DNA from: Lytechinus pictus
Lineage: Eukaryota
Assembly: GCF_037042905.1 (NCBI RefSeq)
Contig: NC_087249.1
Coordinates: 8,062,001 to 8,126,000 of the forward strand
Reading direction: 5' to 3'
Length of the DNA: 64,000 nucleotides
The first letter of the stretch is position 1, and every line of letters starts with the position of its first letter. The notes beneath the pieces were generated by a model. The model saw only the letters and a list, made by a program, of their open reading frames with translations, was not told the DNA's origin and ran no database searches. The position numbers and the translations under genes were made by a program. Shown here piece by piece: positions 14,500 through 28,401 of this stretch.

Positions 14500-15080
14500 C
14501 AAGGTAGTAGACAGTCCACCTTGGCAAAAAGTGGATTTGAATAACAAGAGAAAATTCTTACAAGCATAACACTGAAAATTTCATCAACATCAGATGTAAA
14601 AAAAGAGAGTTTCAACATTCCAAAGTTTTGCTTAATTTCACAAAACAGTAATATACACATCCTTGTCGGTATGTAAATGAAAGGACTGATGACATCAAAC
14701 ACTAATTCTTTTATTCCACACTAGAAATATGAAATATTTTAATTTTCTCTACATTACCATGTGAAACAAAGTTTTATTCCTCACTGAACATGTGGAATTG
14801 CCATTTTTTGAAACAGTTTGTTTTTCAGTTTAATAAGTTGGTCATTATTGTCAAATCTGTAAAAATTGAAATATTGTACAATTCAAACAAAAGAAATAGT
14901 GAGTGAGGGTCATAATCAACTCTCTCATTTGCATATCAATAATTTGTGCAAATATAACTGTTTTGTGTAAAATGAATGTCATAACTTTCTTATTTTACAT
15001 CCGATTTTGAATGATATACGTGTCTGATTTTTCTCTGTTGATTCAAATCAACAATATTCTGGAGTGGACTTGATTTTTAT
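14500..15080. mobile_element. Degenerate MITE (AGTCCAC...GTGGACT family); partial copy at ~13383-13705
   Basis: Inverted ends and internal similarity between the two loci. Confidence 0.55.
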
Positions 15081-15547
15081 AAAGTGGGATGTGCTGATGA
15101 AATGAGTTTGATGAAGGTGTGCTACCACATGATTAAAATATTATTTTCCATTAATTATTGAACTATGAGATAATTATTCCTCTTCATCTCTTCTTCTTCT
15201 TCCCCCCCCCCTTCTGCTCCATGTTCTCCTTATGAATATACTTTGTTTCATCATCAGCAGCAGCAGCATCTCAGTGCAGTCATTTTTCTATTTCTAATAT
15301 TTTATATGATTTTCTTCCCTTTAATCTTTTTTTCTATCATTCTCTCCTCCTCCTCCAGTTATTTGGAATACCACAAAGAAAAGGGGGAATAGAAAATACA
15401 CAGGAAATCTGAATATTCATAGAGAAAGTTGATTTACACGAATACTACCAATACCATGATACAAAAAGTGCATAGATCTTTTTTTATGAGTGTTGTATAA
15501 ACTACAAACTATGAAGTGCCCAGTTTCTGTGGTGCTTGCTATATCAT

Positions 15548-15775
15548 TCTTCCTCCCCCTCCTCCTCCTCCTACCCCCTCCCCCCACCCCATCCTCCTTC
15601 CCCCTCCTCCTTCCCCCTCCCCCCACCCCATCCTCCTTCCCCCTCCTCCTTCCCCCTCCCCACCCCCTCCTCCTTCCCCCTCCCCTCCTCCTCCCTCTTC
15701 TTCTTTTCTTCTCCTCCTTCTCCTTCTTCTCCTTCTCCTCCTCCTCTTTTTCTCCTTCTTCTTCTCTCCTCATTC
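15548..15775. repeat. Polypyrimidine low-complexity tract
   Basis: (CCT/CTT)n-rich with a short internal direct repeat. Confidence 0.9.
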
Positions 15776-16076
15776 ATCACATCATACTTTTTCTACTTCT
15801 ATACTATAATTTTCTTCGCTCTTTATCCATCTATATCTCCTCTCTCCCCCTCCCCTTTCAAACGTCACAAAAAACGTTCTTGAGAAAAAAAACCATTGAA
15901 ACATTCAATTACTGTATGCAGCCAGTTGACCACCATCACCATGAGACAAGTGCATCTGTTTTGATGAGTGCTGTATGAGTAAAAACTACATGCATGAAGT
16001 GCTCTTCTGCTGTGCCTGCTAAATGATTCAAGTACAAAAAAGTGCCTATGATGGGGAAAAATGTAAAAGAAAGTAC

Positions 16077-16196
16077 ATTATCGAGATCTGTTACTATGGT
16101 ATCGTCCTGCGTGTAGCCTTTGGTCTGCATCGCCAGGGAGTAAGGTGCTGTAGGCACGGTGGGGATCTTCTGTATCGTCAGCCGGAAATCTGTCTG
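16077..16196 (-). CDS. Exon of unidentified minus-strand gene
   Basis: CTAAT branch-like motif plus pyrimidine tract ...tctcag|CAG (NAGNAG); QTDFRLTIQKIPTVPTAPYSLAMQTKGYTQDDTIVTDLDN; GC-rich; donor AAT|GTACTT is weak. Confidence 0.65.
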
Positions 16197-16488
16197 CTGA
16201 GACAAAGGGAATGCATTAGATTCGATAGGAGATGATACATAAGGCACAACAGTTCTTTATGTTAAAAAATAAAAGATGGTGGATTCAAATGAATAACATC
16301 AGATGGAAGATTATTCAATCATAAAAGTAGAAAACTAACCAGGAAATATTGAAAAGAACTTCAAAATTTGGTTAATTCACATTCAAAATTCATTCTTCTA
16401 CTTTTGCCACATACATGTAGTATTAAAAGAATGAATTTCTCTCTCAGCGTGATAATAAAAGCAACTGCTCTTGTCTCCTCTCTCTTTC

Positions 16489-16530
<42 letters not shown>

Positions 16531-17111
16531 ATATCAGCATCTGTATCCTTTTAATATATATCAACAGAAAACCGAAACATAATGGCAAATTATTTCTAAA
16601 GATGATAAAATCATATTGAAAAAAAAAAAAACGAGTTACATGTATGAATGAAGATATATTTTTTGTATGAATGCAGACTTTGATTTTATATACCCTGCAG
16701 GAAAAATCTGTTTATAAAAAAAAATGAAATATACATATTACAATCTTTTTATCAGTTCATAGCAAATGGAAAAGACATTCTTAGCATTTCTCACTGACTA
16801 TTGATTTTGAAAGAATGTAGTTTAACATTCATAATTTCTTATCCTTTGTTCAGTATCTTTCAAATTTTCACAATCCATCTTCCATTACGGTACTTTTCTG
16901 CCTGGCACAAAAACCAAAAAAAAAATTTTGCCAAATTGGGATTTGCATATATTTAGCTATAACATTCATAACTTTCTTATTCTTTGTTCAGTTTCTTTCA
17001 AACTTTCACAATCCCTTTCCATTACTTTCCTGCTTGGCACACAGGGTAAAAAAAAAGCATTACAGTAATCATTCGGGTGATCTCCATTTTGTCAATCTTT
17101 GACTTACTTAC

Positions 17112-17192
17112 CACTGATATCACTGGCAGGGACAGGGCATCCCCTGATTTTCTCAGCTCATGAGTCTTCTTCATCATAATTGTTTTTATGTC
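17112..17192 (-). CDS. Candidate exon (possibly alternative first coding exon) of unidentified minus-strand gene
   Basis: Open 27-codon stretch DIKTIMMKKTHELRKSGDALSLPVISV ending at strong donor GTG|GTAAGT; tandem ATGs from 17177; phase 0 fits the exon at 16196. Confidence 0.55.
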
Positions 17193-20100
17193 CTACGAGT
17201 TCATATCATGATTGCACTTTGAATACATTGCTAATTCATATTTAATAGTCACGGTTGCAAACAGTAGACCTAATGCACATCTGATATGTATACAAGCCAT
17301 GTACTTTGGTTGGTGCTGATATATGTATGACATTGTACGACAAGATGGTCTTTGGCCCAGCAAACGCTGCCAACTATCCCTCTTCATCGATGACTGTTTA
17401 CAGACATGTGCATGCTCCACAAACATAAAACACTTGACTCTCTTTTGGCTTTATTAGGAATCATTATTCTCAGATTCATGAGTAAATAAGCATTTACGTG
17501 AAGCTCAAGTTATTCTTTGATAAGGTCAACCCATGGTGCATGTGGATATGATGAACATGTGGTGGTGACAATCCTCAAGTTTTCAAGTTCACTTCAACTT
17601 GCTCCTTTGGATGACCATGAAACTTTAATTCACCACTCCTTATCCATTCAGTATGTGAACTAGCTACAGTGAATCAATATCGCTAAAATTATATTACAAA
17701 CAAAAGTAGAAGAAATATACGTGAAATTTCTTGAATAGAATCCTTGAGGCAGCTTTCTTACAGTGGGGTTTGCATTAAAAAAAACACATCAATAGCTCTA
17801 CCAAGGTAGGTAGTTTGATATTTGATCAGGTTGTGATCTTTTGAGATCAAAAGTGCATGAAACGCTCTGCATGGTTCAAATATTTTTCATCCTTGACTTG
17901 TGCCAGGGCGGAGCATACTTGGGCCACATCACTTGATGAAAAACACACCCGGATACTCCGCTGAATTCCTCACATATCAAGTTTGCATTCAGAAGAGATT
18001 CCACCAAACATGAGAGGTCGGTTATTACTCTACTAGTATTCAGTCATAAATTACAAGGTGAGGGAGATTCCCAGAGTTCCTCAATATATTCTGCATCACT
18101 CAAATCATATGAAACTGTTAAAAATTCCAAGTCCACAGTTACTGAGCAATTCTTCCTGGGCATTCAAATATCTATAGCATCACAAGCATCTGATCTGAAA
18201 TGTCCAACTCTTGTCAAATGCTGGATCAATATGTATAATCAAAACAATACATCAAAACATATGTTACAAACAATCTCACAAGATAGAAAATAATATCTCC
18301 ATCCAAAAGTAAAGATCGCACGGACCAAAGACTGAATAAAAGAAATCAAAGATCACAGCGTGTCTCGCTCAATAAATTTCTGAAACTCTGAATCCTTTTA
18401 TCTTGACTAATGACTGTCATCTGATCGATGATTAACCACAACAAGCCAAGATAACGCGCCGTCAATGAACATAGGATACAAGCAAATACAATATGAACAC
18501 CAGCAGATGGCATGCTGGCCAAGACGAGAGTAGAGGCATATCAAGGGGTTGTCAGGGCAGGGGGGAAGGGGAGAAGAAGTAGGTCGAATTCAACTTGTGT
18601 TTTCAACTCCAGTCTACATGTAGTTCATACATGTAGTTTATTGTATTAAACCAAGCTATTGTGTCAAAGTATAAAAGAGATGCTTGAATGTCATTAATGG
18701 ATCTTCCACAAAAATGGGCAACTCATAAAAGGGATTATAAACTGTTGTAGGATGAGTACTTTTACCAAAATTGGAAAACAAGGGAGAATTAGTTTGGGGG
18801 GGATTTTCTTCATAGATTTTTTGGGGGTGGGGGAGGTGGTAAAAAAGATGCCTGAATGTTATTTGTGGATCTTTCACAAAAAGGGAAATGTAGAGTAACT
18901 CATAAAAAGGGTCTTAAACAAGGGGAGGGGGAGGGGGAAGAGGAGGTTATAAAGTAAGGATGATCTTAATGGGGGGGGGGGGGAGGCTTTTCATATTTTC
19001 TAACGAGTATTTTGTTAGGGGTATGGTCGTAAAAAAGTTAAAAAGCCTGTCACAAAACTGAAAGAGAATAACCTAAAACACAAATAAACATAAATTGCAC
19101 TCCAATTTTATGGAGGGTGGCAAAATCATTGGGTTTTGAGATCCAGGGGGCAAATCTTGACTACAGTGTATCATAGGGAAATTAATCGGAGATGACATAT
19201 TGCAGTTACTGCAATAAAAATATCCATCCTTACCCACCTCTTCCCCATACCCCTTATCCCCCCCCCCTGTTTGATTAGTACATAAAAAAGGCCACACTCT
19301 TCATGCTAGCTCAAAAACAAACAGTACATTTCCTTAAATCTATACTGAGTCTCATTTACTCACTACCAGATTCTATTTAAATAGCCCAGGGTTATTTAAA
19401 CAATCAGACATATTCTTCTCTCTTTTGACATACAAATGTTATGGGCCAGAGGTATCATTAATGTGTCAAACTTCAGCCTTGAAAAAGGAGCGGTTAGAGT
19501 GAAATAAAAAAGCCGCTCCTGAAATCAATACCTAAAGCGCAGCTACTTGAATTCTTGCCTAATCCCTGATCAATCTTTGTGACGAGTCGTTAGAATCTGA
19601 CTTCAGCCAGGTCAATGGGTAATGAGAATGGACTCATCTAAACAAGGGTGCAGGCTCTATTGTGGAATTATTGATAATCGCAACATAATAGGGTGTAATA
19701 AAATAGATGGAACGGCTGTAAACTTGCATATTCAGCTGCCACTGCTGGTTCTCAAAGTGTCATCACATCCTAGCAACATCGATTGCGTACACTTCGATGT
19801 GTAATTGTTGGTCCTCAGAAGCAAAGATAGAACTACGGTATATTTTAGGGACATACAGTAGTGTGATACAGGGAATTAAAGGGCTGCTCCAGGCTGATAA
19901 TATATAAATAGAGCAAAATTACCTGAGCAAAACACAGAAATAACAAGGTTACAGAATTTAGCAATATTTATCAAAGTTTTGCAATATTTTGTGAAAACAA
20001 TTATATGCACTTTGTCATGAATATGCAATAGGTGGGCTGATGATCTTGTCCTCATTTTCATTTTTCTCAATGTTACTATATAAAATCATGATTATTGCAT

Positions 20101-20455
20101 ACTTTCATTCAGGTGTGAATGATAAGTTTCCCTTGTAACAAAATAAGTTGCAGCAATAAATCTTACACATTAAATCTGGGTTGTTTTTTTCATTCCTAGA
20201 GGTGAAAATTTGAATAAATATATTGAAATACAAAAGAATAAGGATGACATCATCAGCTTGCTCATTGAACACTTACACATGAAGACATGCATAGAACTGT
20301 TTCGCCAAAGTGCAAAACTTGAACAAAAAAAAGCAAAAAAATTGTCATACTGTCTTCAGATTTCGATGGAGGGCAAGTCCAAGAAAAGGTCACCCTAGAA
20401 GACAAAATTTAATCTCTATTTCAAGAAGTTATCTTTGGTGGGATAAGAAAGCCCA

Positions 20456-21922
20456 AATCTTGACAAAACAAAGGTTATGTTATTTAGTAATTCTCTTACA
20501 ACTTTACCTGACAATATTTTATTGAATGATGTCCAGATCAGTAGGGTAAAATCAACTAAGTTCTTGGGACTTTTTATTGATGATAAAATGACCTGGAAAA
20601 TTCATACAAACCACATTTGCTCAATATTATCTAGAAATACTTGTATAATGTATAAACTTAAATCAATGTTTCCACCCCATATTATGCAAATGTTATATTC
20701 TACTTTATTACTCCCGTATTTAAACTATGGCATTCTTGCCTGGGGAAATTCTAGTAAGCTTCAACTTGATAAAATATTGGTTATCCAAAAGAGAGCAATT
20801 CGTATAATTTCCAATGCCCATATTCGGGCTCATACAGGTCCTCTCTTTTTAGAAAACGGTGTTTTAAGAGTTTCTGATATTTTCTATCTGCAGTTGGGTT
20901 CTTTTATGTTTCAATTGAACAATAATGACTTGCCTCCGGCACTTAATTATATGTTCATAAAAAACAACCAGTTGCATGACTATCCAACACGCCAATCATT
21001 TTCATTTTATCTTCCAAAAACCAGAACAAAATTTGCCCACAATACTATTATTTATTCAGGTCCCAAATATTGGAATTCTCTCAATCTCGATATAAAAAGA
21101 TCTGTTAGCTTAAACTGCATTTAAAAGAAAATTGAGAACGTCTCTTTTGAGACAATATTACTTCTCGTAGAACCCAACTGTACGCTTTAAATACACAATA
21201 TATATTTATCCATTTGTACTCATTTGTGTATTACTTTTAGGACGGTCGGAGAGTGGATTGGGCACCTGGTAGTCAGGGAAGCTCTTTTATCAACCATATA
21301 CCTCTTCTAAGTTTTGCTTCCTTTGATACTTTTTCTCACCTAGCAACTATCAAGATTTTTTCTTTTCCTCGTCTGCCAGGTGCTCCATCCCCTCACTATG
21401 TCAGTATGTTTGTCACTGTAAATAAATTGCATGTATTCATATTTACAGCTGCAGATACCCTTACAAAGGAGTAAGGACCCGTCTACTATTTTCTATTTCA
21501 TTGGCATACGACCAATTCTGTCAAAATATTTCATGTCATCCTTAAACGTTGCAATCGTGAACAGCAATATAATAGACGGGTCTTCTTTCCTTCTTTTATG
21601 TTTTGCTTTGTCTTCCTTGTCTTGTCTAGTAACCTGTGTGTCCCTGTTCTTTGTAACGTTCTCTATTTTCGTCCTTGTCCAGTTCTGTAACTTTCTCCGA
21701 GCTCAGCTCTATTTTTTCTGTAACTATTTTTAGCTATCAATGATTACACATTAATTATTTGTTAAGGGCCTATCCACAACAAGCTTTTGCTTTACTTTAG
21801 GTCCATCCACTTTGAATCTGCATTTATATTGTAATTATGCATACTATTTCGGAATGAGTTATATGTTTTTGTATTTTGATTGATTTGTGGAAAATAAAAT
21901 GAAATGAAAATGAAATGAAATG
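20456..21922 (+). mobile_element. 5'-truncated LINE (CR1/L2-group) retaining the ORF2 C-terminus
   Basis: ORF 20477-21124: KFLGLFIDDKMTWKIH, LYSTLLLPYLNYGILAWG, IQKRAIRII, YSGPKYWNSL are typical of the post-RT region; 3' UTR ends in a (GAAAT)n tail. Confidence 0.88.
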
Positions 21923-22628
21923 TTGAATTTTTTAATTTCATTGAGAATTTTATAAAATGCAAACTTATGCTAATTTCGGGCTCTTAAAATTGGTAAAATG
22001 GGTGTTAAGTATGGGACAAACATAAAAACTCATAGAAAATCAAAACAAATGGACCCCCAACATCTTGTTACTTTTTGGGGGAAAAAAGTGGTGTCACATA
22101 CATTGTACCTCACATGTAATATACAAATTAGATTTTGTCAAAGGATGGAATGTCCCAACGTAACATTTTGAGAACATATTTTGAAGTTATTATAATTTCT
22201 CAGAATACAATACTTGCATTATTGCATCTCTAGGAAGTCCTAATTCATTGAGTATGAAAATTTTATACAACAAAAAGTTTCAAAATACTTTTTAATCAAA
22301 ATGTTTAATCAAATGTTACGTGTGGGACAATTGTACACAATGTCAATGGGAAAATTTTTGTACAAAGTAAATGGAGAAAAACAAAGTTGAAGAGTGCTCT
22401 AAAAAGTGATTTATTTAGCTTTTCTTTAGTTTCTAAAGACTGATTTGTTATAAATACTGATAATTGAAGCGAAAAAATTGTGAAAATTGAAAAATATGAA
22501 AAAATAGAAAACAATAGAAATACATAAGAAATTCATGAAACCGTGAAAATTAAGAAATAAAATTGTTGAAAAGGCTTATTTCCTATTCAGTCATATCAAA
22601 TATAACTCAATAAAACATTTTAAAAGAA

Positions 22629-22920
22629 AACAAGTGTAACGCCTCTGGCAGTCTCGCCTGCATTACGCGATTCAATATAGTGTCAGCAGTGCTGAGTTTG
22701 AAAACACATAATGAATAATTATTCACAAAAGAAAACATTCATATGATAATAAAATACTATGTCCATTGACCCAAAATTACCTTTGACCATGATCATGTGA
22801 TCTAAGATGTGTGATTACCCTTATGTCTATGTTTCATGAACTAGATCCATAAACTTTCTAAGTTATGACGCCAATTCAACAAATACCCACAACATGACCA
22901 AAGTTATTTGACCCTAAATG
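22629..22920 (-). mobile_element. Truncated HINE fragment
   Basis: AACAAGTGTAACGCCTCTGGCAGTCTCGCCTGCAT... collinear with the 27736 copy. Confidence 0.7.
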
Positions 22921-22985
22921 ATTTATCTGAGGGTTATTATTATAAAGAGGTCACTGTGGAGTGTAGAAAGGATATCTGTGAACTG

Positions 22986-23158
22986 GTGGGTGTTTTATAA
23001 AGCTGTTCGTAAGATAAGAGCGACTTTAAGAACGACTGGTGATCCTTTTTTTTGGGTAAATGGTAAAATAAATTAGCGATGGTTTAGCGCGTAAGAAAGG
23101 TTCACCAGTTGTTCTTTAAGTGGCTCTTAAATTACGAACAGCTTTATGAAACAGGCCC
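22986..23158. mobile_element. Short palindromic MITE (Harbinger-like, CTG TSD)
   Basis: ATAAAGCTGTTCGTAA...TTACGAACAGCTTTAT inverted arms; further copies at ~34661-34820 and ~43395-43574. Confidence 0.75.
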
Positions 23159-25359
23159 CTGGCTTTTAATACTTGATAAGTACATTTCAATTCAATATGG
23201 AAATGAAATGGTTAGTATTATTTGAAATGCCAATGTCAATGCCAATGCCCTGAGCCTGGTTTTATCTCTAAACCATTCCATTTGAAGCTCAAAACAATGC
23301 CATTATAACACAAGACTTTGATTTATAGTACCAAGCTTTAATAAGAATTTAAAAATGTATAAAGTGCTTTATATACAAATGTTTCAAAGTGCTAAAAAAA
23401 GAAAGGGATAGAGGTAAAAATATAAAATATCTTTAGGGAAATAACATAGTTTAGAATATGAAAGTGGAAAAATCATGGCAAGTTATTAGAATATACTGTA
23501 GAAATAATAAAAAATATACAAAGCATTGATATGTGAGTCAATTCAATTCAATCAATACTAATATAGGTTATAAACTACTAAAATACAATATAATTAACAG
23601 TGCAATTAACTGATCATTTCATACAATTACTATGGACGGGATGGATGGGATGGTCAAACGTATTAAGAGGTGGGTTTTCATATGAGTTTAGGGCAATATT
23701 TGTGAGATACGACTACATGTAGCTACATACGACATGTAAAATAACTAGTCATTTCAGCCATAAATAAATGTACATTTCAGTAAAAACATTTATCTTGTTC
23801 TTTAAACACAAAATGTTATACTTCCTACTTTATCTCTCAATATGCAGCATACATACATACACATGTTGTACAATGTATCTCCTAATGGCACAGTCAGATT
23901 TTGCCTAAGATGGACATATGGCGAGTCGAAATTTTTGTACCAGCTTCCGTATGTGGTTCGTATAGAAATCCGTAAAACGGTTGTTTTCGACTCACCGTGC
24001 TGAGGGGAAATGTGATTGCGGCATTACATGTAGCTCAAGGTATAGCATGAGAAAGTGTATTTGACGTGACATATTGAGTTCACAAAAAAGACAAGCAGGA
24101 TTTTAAGAGATATTGGAGAATGTTTTTATTATTATTAAATATTATCATTATTATCATTTGTATCTATAAAACATGTAGAGAGTTGTAAACCTGTCCTTTT
24201 GAAATGGCATTACCAATTTGACACTGTAGAAAATGAATTTGAAACATTTCAAACTTTCATAATTTTCTTATTTTAATAGAACTTTTCAAAAGTGATTTAC
24301 ATCAGAGTGACCAGACATACCAGATTTCAAGGGACAGTCCCGTATTTCAGCAATTTGTCCCGTGTCCCGTACGAAGCTGCTCGGGACACCGTTTTGTCAC
24401 GTATTTCACAATTTTGAAAACATTTATTTGAGAATTATTCAAACATTAGTTTTTCCTCACATGCATAGCAGAAAAAAGGGAAAAGGGATGAATATGATAT
24501 GATTTTCTACATATTAGCATGTCAATATCTTTTACAAATTCAATATTTTTTATTCAAAAGGCCAAAATTGTTGCTCACTTGCTTGCTTCGCTCGCAGCTT
24601 TCATTCTCCATCAAGGATATGAAAGTGTGCTTGTCTGTTTAAAATTCAAATTCAAAAGTTTGTTGATATAACATCCTGACATTGAAGGATCATTTTCAAA
24701 ACAACTAATAAAACATAAACATAACATAGAAACAACAATTATCAAATTTTCAACAACAACAACAACATGAGCATGAAACTAACAATATCACCCAATACAT
24801 TAAAAATAATTTAATTATTGTGTTTGACAATATTTATCGAATCCTTTTTAAGAGCTTACATGTGGTGGCTGTGGGGCCTTTCCTGCGGGTCTCTCGTTGA
24901 CGGGGGAAGCATTTGCCTGGAGGCTGAATTGCAAACCAAGGGAATTTACCTGTTTGAAAACAAAATAGGATATAAAAGGGCAATTTAGTTATCGGTTGCC
25001 TATTAAATGGTGAATCCATAAAAAATGAAATTTCAAGACAATAAAGACAACCCAAAAAAATTGGATTGAAAACAAACAGTCAGATTATTTGATTACACTG
25101 TAGACTGTGTATTCAATCATCTTACAAAATGTAAAAAAAGATGCAGAAAATTGAAAAAATGTGTGTGTATTAAAATTGTTGTGCAAATCATGATTACATC
25201 ACTGAGAAATATACAAATTATGAATTTTGAACTTGTTACAAATCAGTATGCCTGAGTCATATCGATTATTTTGAAAACCGGTGTTCGACAGCTTTAATTT
25301 GATAGAAACATCGATGCATCGAATTTTGAAGGTGGGAAAATCGAGTCATTTTTTTTGCT

Positions 25360-25750
25360 CCGGCCGTCGCGTCGATGCGCTATGCACGCACTGCATGCGC
25401 TAGCGCTGGCATGGCCGGGTGAACGTTGCACAAGCAGATGACAGAGCAAAGTTTGTTTGTATTTTCCATGATCACAAAACACAAAAAAAGGCCGGGGACC
25501 AATGCAGAATTCTTCCCAAAATATCTTCAACAATGATATTTGCAGATGACAACCTATAAGTTTAAAATGAAACAATATTAAAGACATGAATCACGCAGAG
25601 TCGATCCGAATGATTTTCGGTCAACTAGCATTTGCAGTCCAGACTCGCATCGCACATACCTAGCCCCGCCCGCAGCCCCGTACACTCACTCTCCCGAAAC
25701 GACAGGCGTGCTTGCCAGCAACCAGCGGAGAGCACTGTTACTTGCCTGAT
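25360..25750. promoter_or_regulatory. CpG-rich region, possible alternative promoter or first exon of minus-strand gene
   Basis: High CpG, GC box CCCCGCCC near 25664, minus-strand donor-like GTGAGT near 25690. Confidence 0.35.
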
Positions 25751-27061
25751 ATCGTGTAGTTGGATCCAAAATGAGCTCCAAATTGATGGGAATAATTATA
25801 ATACGTAATTTTCTCTGGATGGTCATTTGAATTGGTATTCAATGCTGATCTAACGATTGTGAGGAAAGATTGTGGAATATGAGTTATGACGATGTTCGAG
25901 AATTAATCCTGATTTGATAATCCATATTTATTTCAGACACAAGAGCATGCTGCGATCAAAATAAATACGAATGTCTCGGATCGAGCTCTAAATTCATTTA
26001 AATTATTATTGGATGTTAAATAATTACGATTTAATCAGATTTGACGGCCATACTAAAAATATTAGCGATGTCAGCAAAGTATGTTATGTTCATATGGAAG
26101 TATTAATATTGGCATTATTTTTATTTTATTCCTCCAAGAAAAGAAGCACAATGCGCATGCGCGTTCGATGACGTATGACATATTTTCCATTCATGAAATC
26201 AGAGCCCAAAGTTGGGCACAAACTAACTTCAAATTGATGGAAAAAAATAACGAACGCGATTTTCTGTTTTGTCAAGTATAATGTTATTATATGGTGATAT
26301 TACGATCTTGAAAAGAGTTTCTGCATGTTGACAATGTTCGAGAATCAATCCTGATGTGATAATTTTTTTTATAGACAAGTGAAGTGCACTCACTCAAGTC
26401 GATCGTCATGTGATGTCCGTCATTGAAAATTGAAACGAAATACAAAGTTTCACATCAAGCTCTAAATGCATATTAATGATTATCATATATAAATTATTGT
26501 TAAATATTACGATTAAATAATATTCTATGGTCATGATATTAATATTGTTCATGAAGGTATATTTTATGTTGATCTCGGCAATTTTTTTGTTTGATTAAAG
26601 CGCAGTACTATACTGCGCATGCACGATCGATGGCGATGACTTCCCTTCATAAATTCATCGTGCATAAATTATCTCGGCACGAGCAGACGAGTAAGACTCT
26701 AACTATGATCGAAATAAACTTCAAATTAATGGTGAATAGGCATCATAATTGCACAATCGGTTTCATTTTGGGGGAATAAAAATCGAGTAAGTAGTAGTCA
26801 AGTTGGACATTACTGTTTATTTTAATGATTGTGTGAACAAACGAATCGGCCGGCCGACGTTTTTTTTTTTTTTTTTTTTTTTTTTTTTGATGCACCAATT
26901 TTGCAAAATCTGCACCGGCGCTCGATGACATTGATCTAACACCAATTTTAAAATCGATTCGACTCAGGCTTACAAATCAGACTGCATTTCTATGATTTAT
27001 GGTCTACATGGGATATTCTTTAATAGCAAAAGTGGAAATTGACCAAAAAATCTTGTTAATA

Positions 27062-27556
27062 GGCTCTTTTTCTCCCTCCTTCTTTCGCTTCCTCCTTCCA
27101 CTTCTCATGTTACGCCACCATCCTCCTCCTCCATTTCCCTCTCATGTCTTCTCCTCCTTTTCCCTCTCCTTCTCCCTTTCCCTCCCCTCCTCTGATCTTC
27201 TTCTTTTCCTCCTCACCCCTTTCCATCTCCTCCTCCTCCTTTCTTTCTTTTTCTTCTTCCTCTTTTTCCTTATTTTCTTCTTCTTTTTCCTCATTTCCCT
27301 CTTTTTCTTCTTCTTCCTCCTCTTCTTCTTCCTCCTCTTCTTCTTCCTTTTTCCTCTTCTTCTCCCCTCACTTCCTCCTTCCACTTATCATATTACGCCC
27401 CCATCCTCCTTCTTCTTTTCCCTCCCCTCCTCCCATCTTCTTCTTTTCCTCCTCATCCCTTTCCCTCACCCCTCCTCCTTCTTCTTCTTCTCCTCCTTTT
27501 CTATCTCCTCTTCCATCTAGCCTCTCCCCCCTCCTCCTTCTCTCTCTTCCTCCTTT
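27062..27556. repeat. Polypyrimidine low-complexity tract
   Basis: ~500 bp almost exclusively C/T. Confidence 0.9.
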
Positions 27557-27735
27557 AACAAAATAGGAAAAGTAGAAACATGATAGGGAAGAATTATATA
27601 GTAATTGAGAAGGCAAAAATAGAGGCTGATGGAAAAGTGGAAAGGGGAAAATAAAGTGAAAAATATCAAGATTACAAAGAGGAATGAGAGCAAGGCCAAG
27701 GAGATGGAAAATATAGAAAAGAGGAACATGATGAA

Positions 27736-28401
27736 AAACAAGTGGAACGCCTCTGGCAGTCTCACCTGCATTACGCAATGCGATATAGCAGCAGTGAATC
27801 CTTTGAAAATAGCTAATGAATATTATTCACAGAAGAAAACACTAGTAATATGATAATAAAATATTATGTCCATTGACCCAAAATGACCTTTGACCATGAT
27901 CATGTGACCTAAGACATGTGCAAAACAATCATTCATTCTTGATTATCCTTATGTCGATGTTTCATGAGCTAGATCCATAAACTTCTTTAGTTATGATGTC
28001 AATTCAACACATACTCCCAACACAGCCAGAGTTCATTGACCTTTAAATGACCTTTGATCTTGGCCATGTTCCTTCAATGCACACAGGGTATTCAGGGATA
28101 CATTGCTGCTCTTATGTCCAAGTTTCATGAACTAAATCCATAGACTTTTAAAGTTATGATGACAATTCCTCAAATAACCCTAACATGGCCAAAGTTCGTT
28201 GACCGTAAGTGACCTTTGACCTTAATCATGTGACCTGAAACTCAGGCAGGATCTTCAGTGATACACTAAAGTTTACCCTTATATCAACGTTTTATGAACT
28301 AGGTCCATATACTATCTAAGTTATGATGACATTGCAAAAACTTAACCTTGGTTAGGATTTCAATTTTGACGCCGCCGCCGTCGGAAAAGCAGCGCCTATA
28401 G
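27736..28401 (-). mobile_element. Older diverged HINE related to family A
   Basis: Starts AACAAGTGGAACGCCTCTGGCAGTCTCACCTGCAT; same internal TGACCTTTGACC units; ends GCCGTCGGAAAAGCAGCGCCTATAGT with the terminus missing. Confidence 0.75.

Noticed and set aside
15417..15978. Pro-, Leu- or Gly/Arg-rich ORFs
   Set aside because: Artefacts of a polypyrimidine tract open in most frames
20477..21124. Host protein-coding gene (215 aa ORF)
   Set aside because: C-terminal fragment of a LINE ORF2 lacking the RT catalytic core
26999..27778. Phe/Ser- or Lys/Arg-rich ORFs
   Set aside because: Low-complexity CT tract
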